A stretch of 64,000 nt of DNA from an uncultured Clostridium sp. (GTDB lineage: Bacteria > Bacillota > Clostridia > TANB77 > CAG-508). The stretch covers positions 95,536 through 159,535 of the forward strand of contig CANBHY010000002.1 in assembly GCA_947368535.1 (NCBI GenBank), read 5' to 3'. Of this stretch, positions 10,582 to 21,471 are shown piece by piece. Positions within the stretch are counted from its first letter, which is position 1, and each line of letters starts with the position of its first letter. The position numbers and the translations under genes are program-made. A model generated the notes under the pieces. It was not told the DNA's origin. It worked only from the letters and a program-made list of their open reading frames with translations, and searched no databases.

Positions 10582-12108
10582 TTATTTTGTATAAGTATTA
10601 AGTTCTACATTTTCATTCAAATGCCATGTTCCTATAAAATCAATATTTATACTATTATCTAATACAACTGATGGTTCAAGTAGTACTGCACCATTGCTTT
10701 GTAGTGCTCCCCATTTTCCATCCTTATTCACTGCTGCAAATCCAAATTCATTTTGTTCTCTAGCATCATCATAAATACATTCAACAACTTTTTCATTATT
10801 GCTATTTACATAACCATATTTACCATTTTCTTTTACTAAGAATAATGTATTTCCTTTAAGAGCATCTCTGTTGCTTATTTCTTGATATTGTAAATTATAG
10901 TACTTATATTCATCACCAACTCTTGCTCTTATATATCCCTTATCTGCATTAGCTTGACTAATTGTTCCTGTAAATACTAGTTTCAAATCACGTGTATATA
11001 CATCAGTTGTAAAATCATCGTTTTCACATACAAGTGAAGCAATATCACTTCTATATTCAATATTATTATATTTTACTTCTACTTTTATATTTTTTGCTAA
11101 ATCAATAACTCCATATTTTCCTGCTGTACTAACAATATAGTGCCCTGAAAAGCAACTCTTCATTGAATCAAAAGCTGCATCTATTATAACTGTTCCAGAT
11201 TTATCAATAACTCCATATTTTCCTATATTCTTGATAAGTAAATATTCACCATCAATAGATGTAATTTCTTCAAAGCCAGCATTTAATATTACTGTTCCGT
11301 CTTTAGAAATTAATTCTTTTCTTCCACCCTCTAATACTACATACATATCAGAACCAGAAACTTTATCAATTCCATCATATTTATTTTCTAAAATTACTTT
11401 ACCTTCAGATCCTACAAGCCCTATTTTTCCATTTACATCTGTAGTTATATACCCTTCATTATAAGTATCTCCAAAAGCCTCAATTGAAATATAGTTCTCA
11501 TCTAAAAATTTGGTTTTAGAAACACTATTAAATAATCCATATTTTCCATCTTTTTTTATAACCACTGTTTTAGTAATTCCCTGTAATGCTGTAATATTTT
11601 CATATTCAGGTGGTAATACTTGTTTACCAGCAAAATCAATTAATCCATATTTTCCATCTTTTTCAAAAGTTAATACTTCATTATCATACCAAACATCGTC
11701 TAAAGACTTATAATTTACAACAGCAGCTACATTATTATATTGTGAAAATAATTGTTCATTTTTTTCGTTAATTGCTTTTGTTTTAAAAGTTCCATTTGTA
11801 TAATCTACATCATATGTAGCTATAAATATATTTTTAGCCTCATCTGGAATTATAAGCATCTCATCATATACTATGTCAGTAAGTTGCTCTCCCTTACTAT
11901 TAATTACACTCCATTTTGAATCAATATAAGCTGAAAAATATTTAGTTACTCCATCATTAACAACTTGTTGATTACTTTTTTTGCGTATTATCATTATTAT
12001 TGAAGCAATAACCATAACTAAGACAATTATTGCTAATATTGTTGCTATAACTTTTTTTATATTTAACTTAGGTTCAGCATCAAACCTTCTTCCTCGATTA
12101 TTTCTCAT
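10582..12108 (-). CDS. WG-repeat (KWG-type) containing membrane-anchored protein
   Basis: N-terminal TM helix. At least 7 repeats of the DGKYGLI / NGKYGYV / DGKWGAL type. Confidence 0.6.
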   Translation of the reverse strand: MRNNRGRRFDAEPKLNIKKVIATILAIIVLVMVIASIIMIIRKKSNQQVVNDGVTKYFSAYIDSKWSVINSKGEQLTDIVYDEMLIIPDEAKNIFIATYDVDYTNGTFKTKAINEKNEQLFSQYNNVAAVVNYKSLDDVWYDNEVLTFEKDGKYGLIDFAGKQVLPPEYENITALQGITKTVVIKKDGKYGLFNSVSKTKFLDENYISIEAFGDTYNEGYITTDVNGKIGLVGSEGKVILENKYDGIDKVSGSDMYVVLEGGRKELISKDGTVILNAGFEEITSIDGEYLLIKNIGKYGVIDKSGTVIIDAAFDSMKSCFSGHYIVSTAGKYGVIDLAKNIKVEVKYNNIEYRSDIASLVCENDDFTTDVYTRDLKLVFTGTISQANADKGYIRARVGDEYKYYNLQYQEISNRDALKGNTLFLVKENGKYGYVNSNNEKVVECIYDDAREQNEFGFAAVNKDGKWGALQSNGAVLLEPSVVLDNSINIDFIGTWHLNENVELNTYTK

Positions 12109-12209
12109 TACGTCCTCCGATTAAACATTAATTCATGGTTAATATATCACAACTTTACCTTTAAATTCAATACTATTACTATATTTTCTAAATAAACTTA
12201 AACTATAAC

Positions 12210-12238
12210 AAAAGACCTATTAATAATAGGTCTCTTTA
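12210..12238 (-). terminator. rho-independent terminator downstream of spoIIE
   Basis: Hairpin AGACCTATTA..TAATAGGTCT followed by a T-run. Confidence 0.6.
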
Positions 12239-12240
12239 TT

Positions 12241-14682
12241 TTAAATTTTATTAACTTTAGCCACTATAACTGTCATGTCGTCTTTTAAAACTCCATATCC
12301 ATTATCAATAGCTTCATTTATTATAATATCTGCCATTTTTTTAACATTATTTGTATTAATTTCTTTTATCATTTTTATAAGCCAACTATCATCTTGTTGC
12401 TCTGGATTAGACTCTACAATACCATCACTGCACATAATATAAATGTCTCCATCTTTCATATCTCTATCATAAACCGTAAAATCAACATCATTTAATATTC
12501 CTAACGGTAATGAATTAGAATCAATTGTCTCTAACGCTTGCTTATTTTTTATATATGTTTTACAAGCACCATTCTTAATAAATTCAGCTACACCATTATA
12601 AAGATCAAATATCGCAACATCCATAGTAGCATAAATCTCTTCTGTAGAAACTTTAACTGTAGAATTTATCAATTCCATAGAATCTTCCTTTTCAAATCCT
12701 GCAGTTAATGTTTGTCGAAGCATTTTTGCAACTATTTGACTAGATTTTTTAGCTTCTGCACCAGCTCCCATTCCATCACTTAATGCCACTAAATGCTTAT
12801 TATCATCTAATTTAAATTGTATACAACTATCACCAGAAATATCATTTCCTGATTTAGGCAGCCTAGCTAACCCAAGTTGTACAGTATACTTGTCCTCCGA
12901 AATATATTTTTGCAAATATAAATTAGAATCTAAATGAGCTGTATCTTTTTGAAAAACAATTTTTTCTTTACATATCTTAGTTAAAATTGATTCTATGCAT
13001 TTTATCTTATCTTTTTCTTTTATTTGCTTTTCAAATAAAATATCTATAAAATACTTTTTACTTTTATTTTGCTTAACACGGACTTCCTTTACTAAAATAC
13101 TTTTCTGTTTCATCAATTCTTTAATTTCTATTTCTTGTTTTTCAAATATATTATCTTTATTTTTTGATAAATCAACTGCTATATCTGAAATTGCTTTTGA
13201 AACACCTTTTAATTGTTTAGAAATTGATTTTTTATTTTCGTTTAAACGTTGTTTCCATTGAAAGTTCATTTCGTTAATTCTATATGTTCTATTAACTATT
13301 CTTACGACTTGATTTACATCTTCCCTAATAGCCTGATTTGCATAAATATCAAGAATTTCATTTTTTTCTTCATATAGACTAACCATATCTCTTTCTGAAA
13401 TTTCTTCTTTTTCTGCAAGTATCATATATATTTTTTCAATAATATCATTATTAGTATCAATTAAATCTTCATACAAAATATTATTCGGAAAACTATCTAA
13501 GTTATTTAATAAGTCTTCAACAAAAGCCTCTTTACTCCTATTAATATTTTCTATCTCGAGAGCTATTTCTTCATCTTTTAATCCATATGTTTTAGCTATT
13601 TCTTTAACTGTTTTTGAAAGATGTTTCAATTTAGCACCTGCATCTTCACTTTCAGCTAATCTATGTTCTTCTCTTGCTTCAAAAAATTTATTTTTTCCTA
13701 TTAAACCTTCAATATCAATTTGGATATACTTAGGAACAAAAAATATAGCAATTCCTGCAATTAACAATTCCTTATATAACAATACTTGTATAGTATTTCC
13801 GGTTGTTAAATATGATATTAGTGCATTTCCTACTAAAAATCCTGCAACAACACCAATTCGTCCTAATCTATTTACTGCACCTGCTAATAAACCTGATATT
13901 GCAAATGCTAAAACTTGTATAGGTGTAGCAGAACCAATTATTCCTAATATTAAGCCAATAGAAACACCTATAGTACTTCCGACAAGCAATCCATTTTTCC
14001 ATGCTAAAATTAAAATCAAAAAAACAGAAAGTACATTTGAAAGTGAAATTCCATATATTCTATAGCTATTTACACTTACAGCAGCAATTGCTGTAAGCAT
14101 TGTAGCCCCAATAATTTCTTCTATTGTAAAAGCTGATTTTAATCCAAAATTCTCTAACACACCTATGCTATTAACAAAAATTTTATAAAAAACATATGTA
14201 AAAACAATATTTAAAACTGCTACTACTACATCATAAACAAGTAGCACATCTGTTGACAATTTTATAGCATGTACTACTATACAAGCAATAATTAAATTTT
14301 TACCTAATTTAGCAATTTCATTTCTATCATCTTGAATATATGGCTTAAAAAACACTATCGTAAATAAAAAGATTAATACTTTCAAAAAATACATTAAAAA
14401 ACCAGGTATTCCTTGTGAAATAAAAACTCCTAATGCAGTAGCTACTAAAACTGGACCTGCTGGTATAACACTACTACACGCAGCTACAAAAAAAGCAAAT
14501 GCAAATGGTGCTATTCCTTCTCTTAATACTACAGTAGAAACTAAAAAAGATAAAATATAAATAATAATATTTTGAATACTAATTAAATCTTTTATTTTTT
14601 CTAAATTATATTTTTTATTTTCTTTAACATCCTTATTATTTATAGCAATATTATCTGTCAAATTTTGAAACATCCTTACCAC
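12241..14682 (-). CDS. spoIIE: stage II sporulation protein E (membrane PP2C phosphatase)
   Basis: About 10 N-terminal TM helices. C-terminal PP2C domain (SGDSCIQ...ALSDGMGAGAEA). Length 813 aa. Confidence 0.85.
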   Translation of the reverse strand: MVRMFQNLTDNIAINNKDVKENKKYNLEKIKDLISIQNIIIYILSFLVSTVVLREGIAPFAFAFFVAACSSVIPAGPVLVATALGVFISQGIPGFLMYFLKVLIFLFTIVFFKPYIQDDRNEIAKLGKNLIIACIVVHAIKLSTDVLLVYDVVVAVLNIVFTYVFYKIFVNSIGVLENFGLKSAFTIEEIIGATMLTAIAAVSVNSYRIYGISLSNVLSVFLILILAWKNGLLVGSTIGVSIGLILGIIGSATPIQVLAFAISGLLAGAVNRLGRIGVVAGFLVGNALISYLTTGNTIQVLLYKELLIAGIAIFFVPKYIQIDIEGLIGKNKFFEAREEHRLAESEDAGAKLKHLSKTVKEIAKTYGLKDEEIALEIENINRSKEAFVEDLLNNLDSFPNNILYEDLIDTNNDIIEKIYMILAEKEEISERDMVSLYEEKNEILDIYANQAIREDVNQVVRIVNRTYRINEMNFQWKQRLNENKKSISKQLKGVSKAISDIAVDLSKNKDNIFEKQEIEIKELMKQKSILVKEVRVKQNKSKKYFIDILFEKQIKEKDKIKCIESILTKICKEKIVFQKDTAHLDSNLYLQKYISEDKYTVQLGLARLPKSGNDISGDSCIQFKLDDNKHLVALSDGMGAGAEAKKSSQIVAKMLRQTLTAGFEKEDSMELINSTVKVSTEEIYATMDVAIFDLYNGVAEFIKNGACKTYIKNKQALETIDSNSLPLGILNDVDFTVYDRDMKDGDIYIMCSDGIVESNPEQQDDSWLIKMIKEINTNNVKKMADIIINEAIDNGYGVLKDDMTVIVAKVNKI

Positions 14683-14880
14683 CTCATACCTTTTTTAATA
14701 TTTAACAATATGCAAACTAAAAAAGATGTCGTATATCATTATAAAATTAAAAAAGTTATTTACTTTTTGTGATATTTTTCATCAAGTTTTGTCAAGTAGT
14801 GTTCCCATTCTATTACACTTTACAAAAAAAATCAATGATTTAACAACAAATCTGAAAAATCAAAGATTTTTATACAATAA

Positions 14881-14914
14881 AAAACTCAAGTTATTTATAA
14901 TAACTTGAGTTTTA
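14881..14914. terminator. bidirectional terminator hairpin
   Basis: AACTCAAGTTA..TAACTTGAGTT stem with flanking A- and T-runs. Confidence 0.55.
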
Positions 14915-14928
14915 GCTATGTTATGATT

Positions 14929-17889
14929 TTATTCAACTACATGTAACAATTCTGATTTTAACTCTTCTAATCTCTTTTCTGCCTCTTTCATTGTTTTTGC
15001 TTTTACACCCATATAGAACTTCACTTTTGGTTCAGTTCCAGATGGTCTAGCACAACACCATTCATTATTAGCAAGTTCATAATATAAAACATTAGATTTT
15101 GGTAAGTCAATTTTTTCTTCTTTACCTGTATTCATATCTTTTCTAATACTTGTAGTATAATCTCTAATAGCTTCAACTTTATATTTTCCAAAAGTCTTAG
15201 GCTGATTTTTTCTTAAATTGTCCATCAATTCTTTTATTTTTTCTGCACCCTCAGCACCTTTTAAAACAATTGAAACTTGAGCTTCACGATAATATCCATA
15301 TTTTTCATAAATATTAATCATTTGATCCCATAAAGTTAAACCTTGTTTTTTATAATATGCAGCAACCTCGCAAAGCATCATAACTGCAACAATACCATCT
15401 TTATCTCTAGCATGTGTTCCTACTAAACAACCATAACTTTCTTCAAATCCAAATACATATTCATAATCGTGATTTTGTTCAAATCCCCTAATTTGTTCTC
15501 CTATGTACTTAAATCCAGTTAAAGTTTCTATTAAATGCATTTTGTAATGTTCAGCTATAGCATCTGTCAAGTTAGAAGAAACTATAGTTTTTATAATTGC
15601 TCCATTTTTAGGTAACATCTTTTTATTTTTTCTTTGATCTAAAATATATTCAGCTATTAGTAAAGCTGTCATATTTCCTGTATAGAATATATATTCATCA
15701 GTTTTTGTATCTTTAACATATATTCCTAATCTATCAGAGTCAGGATCTGTTGCTAAAATAATATCAGCATCCACCTTTTCAGCTAATTTTAAAGCTAATT
15801 TATATGCCTTTGGATCTTCAGGATTTGGATAATCAACTGTTGGGAAATTTCCATCAGGTAATTCTTGTTCTGGAACAACATATACATGTTTAAATCCAAG
15901 TTCTGCTAGAACTCTTTGAACAGCTTTGTTTCCAGCTCCATGTAAAGGTGTATATACTATTTTTATATCATTACCCATTTCATGAGTAACTTCTGGATTT
16001 ATTGACAAAGACTTTAATTCTTGATTGTATCTTTCATCAATTGATTTTCCAACAGTAACATATAACTTCTTTTCTCCCGCTTCTTCTCTTGAAATTGTTT
16101 TTACCATTGAATAATCAGTAACTTTATTTACTTCTTCAATAATTTCCTTATCTCTAGGTGCTACTATTTGAGCTCCATCATCCCAATATACTTTGTAACC
16201 ATTATACTGAGGTGGATTATGGCTTGCTGTAATCATTACACCAGCTGTAGCTCCTAATTCTCTAACTGCAAATGATAGTTCTGGAACTGGTCTTAATTCG
16301 TCCATAACATATGTTTTTATTCCATTTGCATTTAAAACTAATGCTGTATATTCACTAAATTCTTTTGACATTCTACGAGAATCGTATGAAATTACTACTC
16401 CCTTATCCTCTGTTCCTTGTTTTAATATATAATTTGCCAATCCCTGTGTTGCCTTAGAAACAATATATTTATTCATTCTATTAGTTCCAGCACCAATAAC
16501 TCCTCTAAGTCCAGCTGTTCCAAAATCTAAGCTCTTATAGAAACGATCTTTTATTTCTTCATCATTTCCTCTAATTTTCAATAATTCATTTTTAGTTTCA
16601 TCGTCAATTGCTGGATTTTTGCACCAAGCATCATATTCTTTCATATATTTAACTTTATTCCAGTAATCTGTATAAAGTTTTCTAGCAGTTTCTGGACTAT
16701 CCGCACCCTCAGCATTTTTAATAGGTGCAAATTCTTCTTCTCTTTTTACTCTTAATACTACTACGTCATCAAGCATCTCATATGAGTCAAATATAAATAA
16801 TTCAAATTTATAAGCATTTGGTTTTTTAGGATCAATTTTATTTCCTAATTTATCTGTTTTAGCCTTTTTATGTGCAATATGATAAGGTAATTTTAAATCG
16901 CTAACTCTCTCTAAACCTTTTATGTTATATAAATGGAATATTGCATTAGCATCTCCATAAACTAACGAACCATATTTATCTCTTTGCTCTGCTAATTCTT
17001 CTGAAATTTCAGTGTATTCTATAACTCCAACTTTTTTATTTTTTCTACAAAATACACCAACGTTTTCTTTTGGATCTGTTTTTTCAATTGTCTTAACTGC
17101 TCCTAAAACTTTATTTTCAATAGACATACCAATTAATAATGGATCCACAGATTTAACTAATACATTGTCTACTCCACTAACAAAAATCCATTCAATTCCG
17201 TCTTTTTTCATTTGTGCAATAATTTTTTCTTTTCCCATCGCTTTCAAAGTTCCGCCATGACCATCAGCAGCTTTTTTTACCATTTTATTTTCATCTAATA
17301 AAATTTTTCCTTCTTCATCAAGCATTGGTAGTTCACCTTGAATAAAGAATTGTATTTTTTCTTTAGGGTATCCGAAATATTTGTTTTTCTTGAAGAAATC
17401 AATTGTTGCTGGATTATTTTCCATGCTAGTCATAATATACCAAGGAATAATAACACCATATTCATCATTAGCTCTCTTTAAAGTATCACATAATAACTCA
17501 AATAAAGATTTATGAGAAGGTAATCCCATATCAAAAGTTCCTTTAGGTCCACTATGACCTAACCTAGTTCCTTGACCTCCTGCCATTGTAACTACAGCAA
17601 ACTTATTATCTTTAATAGCATTTATTCCTTTTTCCTCATATTCCTTAGTTTCTGTAGCTGTTAATTTAGATTTATCTACATAATCAATTGGTTCTATAAC
17701 AACATCTTCTAAATCTGGCGGAACTATTACTTTTTCATAAAGTTTATTCATTAAGTCAAAATCTATAGTAAGAATTTGATCTAATAATTTATCTTTATCT
17801 TCATTAGATTTCTCATCATAAAACTTTAATAAGTGTTCTTGGTTGTATTTTTTTACAAGTTTTTGCGCTTTTTCAAATTTTTCGTTCAT
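14929..17889 (-). CDS. bifunctional UDP-sugar pyrophosphorylase (UDPGP/UAP1 family) and phosphohexomutase fusion
   Basis: The N-terminal half has the UDPGP signature (VTMAGGQGTRLG). The C-terminal half has phosphoglucomutase/phosphomannomutase signatures (GTAGLRGVIGAGTNRMN, TASHNPPQYNGYKVY, GFEESYGCLVG, GTEPKVKFY). The start is set at MNEKFEKAQ with a GGAAGGAG RBS. Confidence 0.75.
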   Translation of the reverse strand: MNEKFEKAQKLVKKYNQEHLLKFYDEKSNEDKDKLLDQILTIDFDLMNKLYEKVIVPPDLEDVVIEPIDYVDKSKLTATETKEYEEKGINAIKDNKFAVVTMAGGQGTRLGHSGPKGTFDMGLPSHKSLFELLCDTLKRANDEYGVIIPWYIMTSMENNPATIDFFKKNKYFGYPKEKIQFFIQGELPMLDEEGKILLDENKMVKKAADGHGGTLKAMGKEKIIAQMKKDGIEWIFVSGVDNVLVKSVDPLLIGMSIENKVLGAVKTIEKTDPKENVGVFCRKNKKVGVIEYTEISEELAEQRDKYGSLVYGDANAIFHLYNIKGLERVSDLKLPYHIAHKKAKTDKLGNKIDPKKPNAYKFELFIFDSYEMLDDVVVLRVKREEEFAPIKNAEGADSPETARKLYTDYWNKVKYMKEYDAWCKNPAIDDETKNELLKIRGNDEEIKDRFYKSLDFGTAGLRGVIGAGTNRMNKYIVSKATQGLANYILKQGTEDKGVVISYDSRRMSKEFSEYTALVLNANGIKTYVMDELRPVPELSFAVRELGATAGVMITASHNPPQYNGYKVYWDDGAQIVAPRDKEIIEEVNKVTDYSMVKTISREEAGEKKLYVTVGKSIDERYNQELKSLSINPEVTHEMGNDIKIVYTPLHGAGNKAVQRVLAELGFKHVYVVPEQELPDGNFPTVDYPNPEDPKAYKLALKLAEKVDADIILATDPDSDRLGIYVKDTKTDEYIFYTGNMTALLIAEYILDQRKNKKMLPKNGAIIKTIVSSNLTDAIAEHYKMHLIETLTGFKYIGEQIRGFEQNHDYEYVFGFEESYGCLVGTHARDKDGIVAVMMLCEVAAYYKKQGLTLWDQMINIYEKYGYYREAQVSIVLKGAEGAEKIKELMDNLRKNQPKTFGKYKVEAIRDYTTSIRKDMNTGKEEKIDLPKSNVLYYELANNEWCCARPSGTEPKVKFYMGVKAKTMKEAEKRLEELKSELLHVVE

Positions 17890-17963
17890 TAATATTTTTA
17901 GACTCCTTCCTTTATTACAAATATTACAAATCAAATCAAACATATCTTATACTATTACATTTA

Positions 17964-18437
17964 TTAAGTCAATATACTATTTTTATACCATTTTGCATGA
18001 AACATATCAGATATTTTTTTTACACCTAATGTATTTAAAATGTAATCATGACACTTTAAAATTTCTCTAGAATTTTTTTCAAAAATATCTAATTCAAAAC
18101 AATTAATAACCTTATTTACTTTATCATTCAAACACATATTCATTTTATTAATATACTCATAACTTCCTTTTACTAAAACAATTTTATTCTTCATATTAAA
18201 AATTTCTTCTTCTGATGCTGTATTTTCTGTCCATTCAATCTTTTTCAATTTTGTTTTTTTAGAATTTTCTAAATTAACTTTTGTATAAAATAAATCAACT
18301 TCTTCTTTTAAACTATCTTCAAATATAGTAACGATTTTTTCTCCTTTTTCTAGCTCCTTTTCAATATATGGCATAAGCATCACCACCAGATGCATATCAT
18401 TCACACAAACAGCACAATATCTGTTGTTTTCTACCAT
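17964..18437 (-). CDS. hypothetical protein
   Basis: 157-aa ORF, no recognisable motif. Confidence 0.4.
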   Translation of the reverse strand: MVENNRYCAVCVNDMHLVVMLMPYIEKELEKGEKIVTIFEDSLKEEVDLFYTKVNLENSKKTKLKKIEWTENTASEEEIFNMKNKIVLVKGSYEYINKMNMCLNDKVNKVINCFELDIFEKNSREILKCHDYILNTLGVKKISDMFHAKWYKNSILT

Positions 18438-18596
18438 AAATCATCCCTCCTAGGTATCTCGTTTGGTAAATTTTACCATGTATAATATTATTCGTCAATC
18501 TGTTTCGTATGCCGATTTTCGACATAAAACTAACCTGAATATTATTTGTAAAAATGTTAATACTTTTACAAAATCAATAAACCAAAGGAGACTATT

Positions 18597-19202
18597 ATGA
18601 AATTTAAATCAATACTTTTAATCTTTTTATTATTTATTATTTATTTCACTTTTAATTCATTTTCATATTCTCGCTCAATATCAAACAATCTTGAAGAAAA
18701 CTTATTTAGATTACGTGTTGTAGCAAATAGTGATTCAGAAATAGATCAAAATTTAAAAATACAAGTACGTAATAATATCTTAAATTACTTATCACAATTT
18801 AACTTTTCTAATAAAACAGAAACTATTTCACATCTACAAAATCATAAATCTGACATAGAAAATATAATATCAAGAACCATTACAGACAATGGGTTCGACT
18901 ACACTTTTGAATATGAAATATCTAATTCTTTTTATCCTACTAAAAAATATCATACAGTAACTTTACCTTCTGGAAATTATGATGGTTTACAAATAAAACT
19001 TGGAAAAGCTACTGGTCAAAACTGGTGGTGCATATTATTCCCGCCAATGTGTCTTATAGATTCGTCAACTTGTAAGCTTGAAGAAGATTCAAACGCTTTA
19101 TTATCTAGTAATCTAAATAATGAATCTAATAATGTTATTCAATCTTCTGAATTTAATTACAAATTTAAATTTAAAATCATTGATTTTTTTAATAATTTAT
19201 AA
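18597..19202 (+). CDS. spoIIR: stage II sporulation protein R
   Basis: Signal peptide, conserved RLRVVANSDS and QNWWCILFPPMC motifs. GGAG RBS. Confidence 0.8.
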   Translation: MKFKSILLIFLLFIIYFTFNSFSYSRSISNNLEENLFRLRVVANSDSEIDQNLKIQVRNNILNYLSQFNFSNKTETISHLQNHKSDIENIISRTITDNGFDYTFEYEISNSFYPTKKYHTVTLPSGNYDGLQIKLGKATGQNWWCILFPPMCLIDSSTCKLEEDSNALLSSNLNNESNNVIQSSEFNYKFKFKIIDFFNNL

Positions 19203-19224
19203 TTTAGATATTTTATCTATTCCC

Positions 19225-19253
19225 TTGTCAACATATTTTTTTTATGTTATAAA
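19225..19253 (+). promoter_or_regulatory. putative sigma-A promoter upstream of murA
   Basis: TTGTCA, 17-nt spacer, then TATAAA, located about 100 nt upstream of the murA start. Confidence 0.3.
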
Positions 19254-19361
19254 ATGATATATTAGAATAATTATGTCTAGCTTACTAGATTTTTATAAAT
19301 ATCAAAGATATTGGCTTTTCAAGTATTACAGTATTTTAGAGGTCCATATCAAATTGGGGGT

Positions 19362-20636
19362 ATGTATATGGAAAAATTAGTTATAACGGGACCTACTCCA
19401 CTACGTGGAGATGTAAAAATTAGTGGTGCAAAAAACGCTGCAGTTGCAATAATTCCAGCTACAATATTAATAAATGGTATTTGTACAATAGAAAATTTAC
19501 CTAATATCAGTGACGTTAAAACGTATTGTGAAATACTAGAAAGCTTAGGAGTAAAAGTAACTTGGATAAATAGACACACTGTACAAATTGACTCAAGAAA
19601 AATTACTTCTTCTACTGCTTCATTAGAACTTACTAGAAAGTTTAGAGCATCTTATTATTTAATTGGTTCTTTATTAGGTAGATGCGGAAGAGCAGAAGTT
19701 GGTCTTCCAGGAGGATGTAATTTAGGTCCTAGACCTATTGACCAACATATAAAAGGTTTTGAATCTTTAGGTGCTCATGTTGATGTTTCTAGTGGAAATA
19801 TTACAGCTACATGTGAAAAATTAAAAGCAAATTCAATATATATGGATATAGTATCAGTTGGTGCAACTATGAATGTAATGTTAGCAAGCGTTTTAGCAGA
19901 AGGTACTACTACTATCGATAATGCCGCTAAAGAACCTCATATAGTTGATTTGGCTAACTTTTTAAATACAATGGGAGCAGACATTAGAGGTGCTGGAACT
20001 GATGTGATAAAAGTAAACGGTGTAAAAGAATTAAAAGGAAATGCAACATATTCTATAGTTCCAGATCAAATTGAAGCAGGAACATTTATGCTAGCTGCTA
20101 TTGCTTCTAAAGGAGATATAACCATTCATAACTGTATAACAAAACACTTAGAACCAATAATAGCCAAAATATTAGAAATGGGTGGAAATGTTGATGCTAA
20201 CGGAGATCATGTACGTGTTTGGTGGTCAAAAAGAACTACAAAAGCAAATGTAAAAACACTTCCTTATCCTGGATTTCCTACAGATTTACAATCTCAAATG
20301 GGAGTATGTTTAGCAATGTCTTCCGGAACAAGTATAATTAACGAAAGTATCTGGGAATCACGCTTCCAATATACTCAAGAACTAAACAAGATGGGTGCAA
20401 AAATAACTACATCTGGCAAAACAGCCGTATTCGAAGGTGTTGAATACTTATATGGTGCTCCAGTTAATGCTACAGATTTACGTGCTGGTGCAGCATTGAT
20501 TATTGCTGGAACAAGTGCTAGTGGAAAAACAGAAGTATTTAACTTACATCATATTGATAGAGGATACGAAAACATAGAAGAAAAATTTAGAAAATTAGGT
20601 GCAAAAATAGAAAGAGTAAAATACACTGAAGAATAA
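19362..20636 (+). CDS. murA: UDP-N-acetylglucosamine 1-carboxyvinyltransferase
   Basis: MEKLVITGPTPLRGDVKISGAKNAAVAIIPA N-terminus and strongly conserved MurA motifs throughout. A GGGGG RBS precedes the ATG at 19362 or 19368. The track ORF starts at 19311. Confidence 0.9.
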   Translation: MYMEKLVITGPTPLRGDVKISGAKNAAVAIIPATILINGICTIENLPNISDVKTYCEILESLGVKVTWINRHTVQIDSRKITSSTASLELTRKFRASYYLIGSLLGRCGRAEVGLPGGCNLGPRPIDQHIKGFESLGAHVDVSSGNITATCEKLKANSIYMDIVSVGATMNVMLASVLAEGTTTIDNAAKEPHIVDLANFLNTMGADIRGAGTDVIKVNGVKELKGNATYSIVPDQIEAGTFMLAAIASKGDITIHNCITKHLEPIIAKILEMGGNVDANGDHVRVWWSKRTTKANVKTLPYPGFPTDLQSQMGVCLAMSSGTSIINESIWESRFQYTQELNKMGAKITTSGKTAVFEGVEYLYGAPVNATDLRAGAALIIAGTSASGKTEVFNLHHIDRGYENIEEKFRKLGAKIERVKYTEE

Positions 20637-20647
20637 TGGAGAAAAAG

Positions 20648-21442
20648 ATGTTTAATTTTTGTAGTTTATATAGTGGCAGCACAGGAAATTGTTTATTTGT
20701 AGAAACAAATGAAACTAAAATATTAATAGATGCAGGAGTAAGTCAAAAAAAAATAGAGACTGCTCTTGCGTCTTTTAATGTTACTTTTAATGATATTGAT
20801 GCAATTCTTATAACTCACGAACATTCAGATCATGTAAAAAATGTTGGAAGTATATCAAAAAAATATAATATTCCTGTATATTGTAATATAGAAACATTAA
20901 ATAACATGCCAGCACAAAAAGAAAAAATATCTGATGATAATCAAAATATATTTAAAGAAAATAAAAAATTTAAGATACAAGATTTAGAAATAGTACCATT
21001 TAATATTCCTCATGATGCAGCTAATCCATGTGGTTTCAATATCTTTCATGATAATAAAAAAATCAGCATTGCTACAGATATAGGTCATATGGATAACACT
21101 TTAATATCTAAATTAAAAGACTCATCTTTCCTATTATTAGAGGCAAATTATGATCCAGACATTTTAAAATATAGTAGATACCCATTTCAGCTAAAACAAC
21201 GTATATTAAGTCCAATCGGTCATCTTTCAAACGAAACTTCTGGAAAAACAATAACAGAGCTTAGAATTAAATATGGACTTAAAAATGCTATGTTAGGTCA
21301 CTTAAGTAAAGAAAATAATTTTCCTGAATTAGCATTAAAAACGGTAACGAACGAATTAGAAAATAACAATGTTTCTCTTAAAGATATATCTATAAATGTA
21401 GCTTCTAGAGATTTTCCTAGTAAACTAATAAAAATACAATAA
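20648..21442 (+). CDS. MBL-fold metallo-hydrolase (YycJ/WalJ-like)
   Basis: HEHSDH metal-binding motif and an N-terminal SLYSGSTGNC region like YycJ. The start is set at MFNFC with a GGAG RBS. An alternative ATG overlaps the murA stop at 20636. Confidence 0.7.
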   Translation: MFNFCSLYSGSTGNCLFVETNETKILIDAGVSQKKIETALASFNVTFNDIDAILITHEHSDHVKNVGSISKKYNIPVYCNIETLNNMPAQKEKISDDNQNIFKENKKFKIQDLEIVPFNIPHDAANPCGFNIFHDNKKISIATDIGHMDNTLISKLKDSSFLLLEANYDPDILKYSRYPFQLKQRILSPIGHLSNETSGKTITELRIKYGLKNAMLGHLSKENNFPELALKTVTNELENNNVSLKDISINVASRDFPSKLIKIQ

Positions 21443-21471
21443 AAAGTGGATTATTTTTCATAATCCACTTT

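Noticed and set aside
18520-18535. Spo0A-box-like TGTCGAA (minus strand) upstream of spoIIR
   Set aside because: It is a single 7-mer. spoIIR is expected to be sigma-F-dependent, and no matching sigma-F -35/-10 was recognised.
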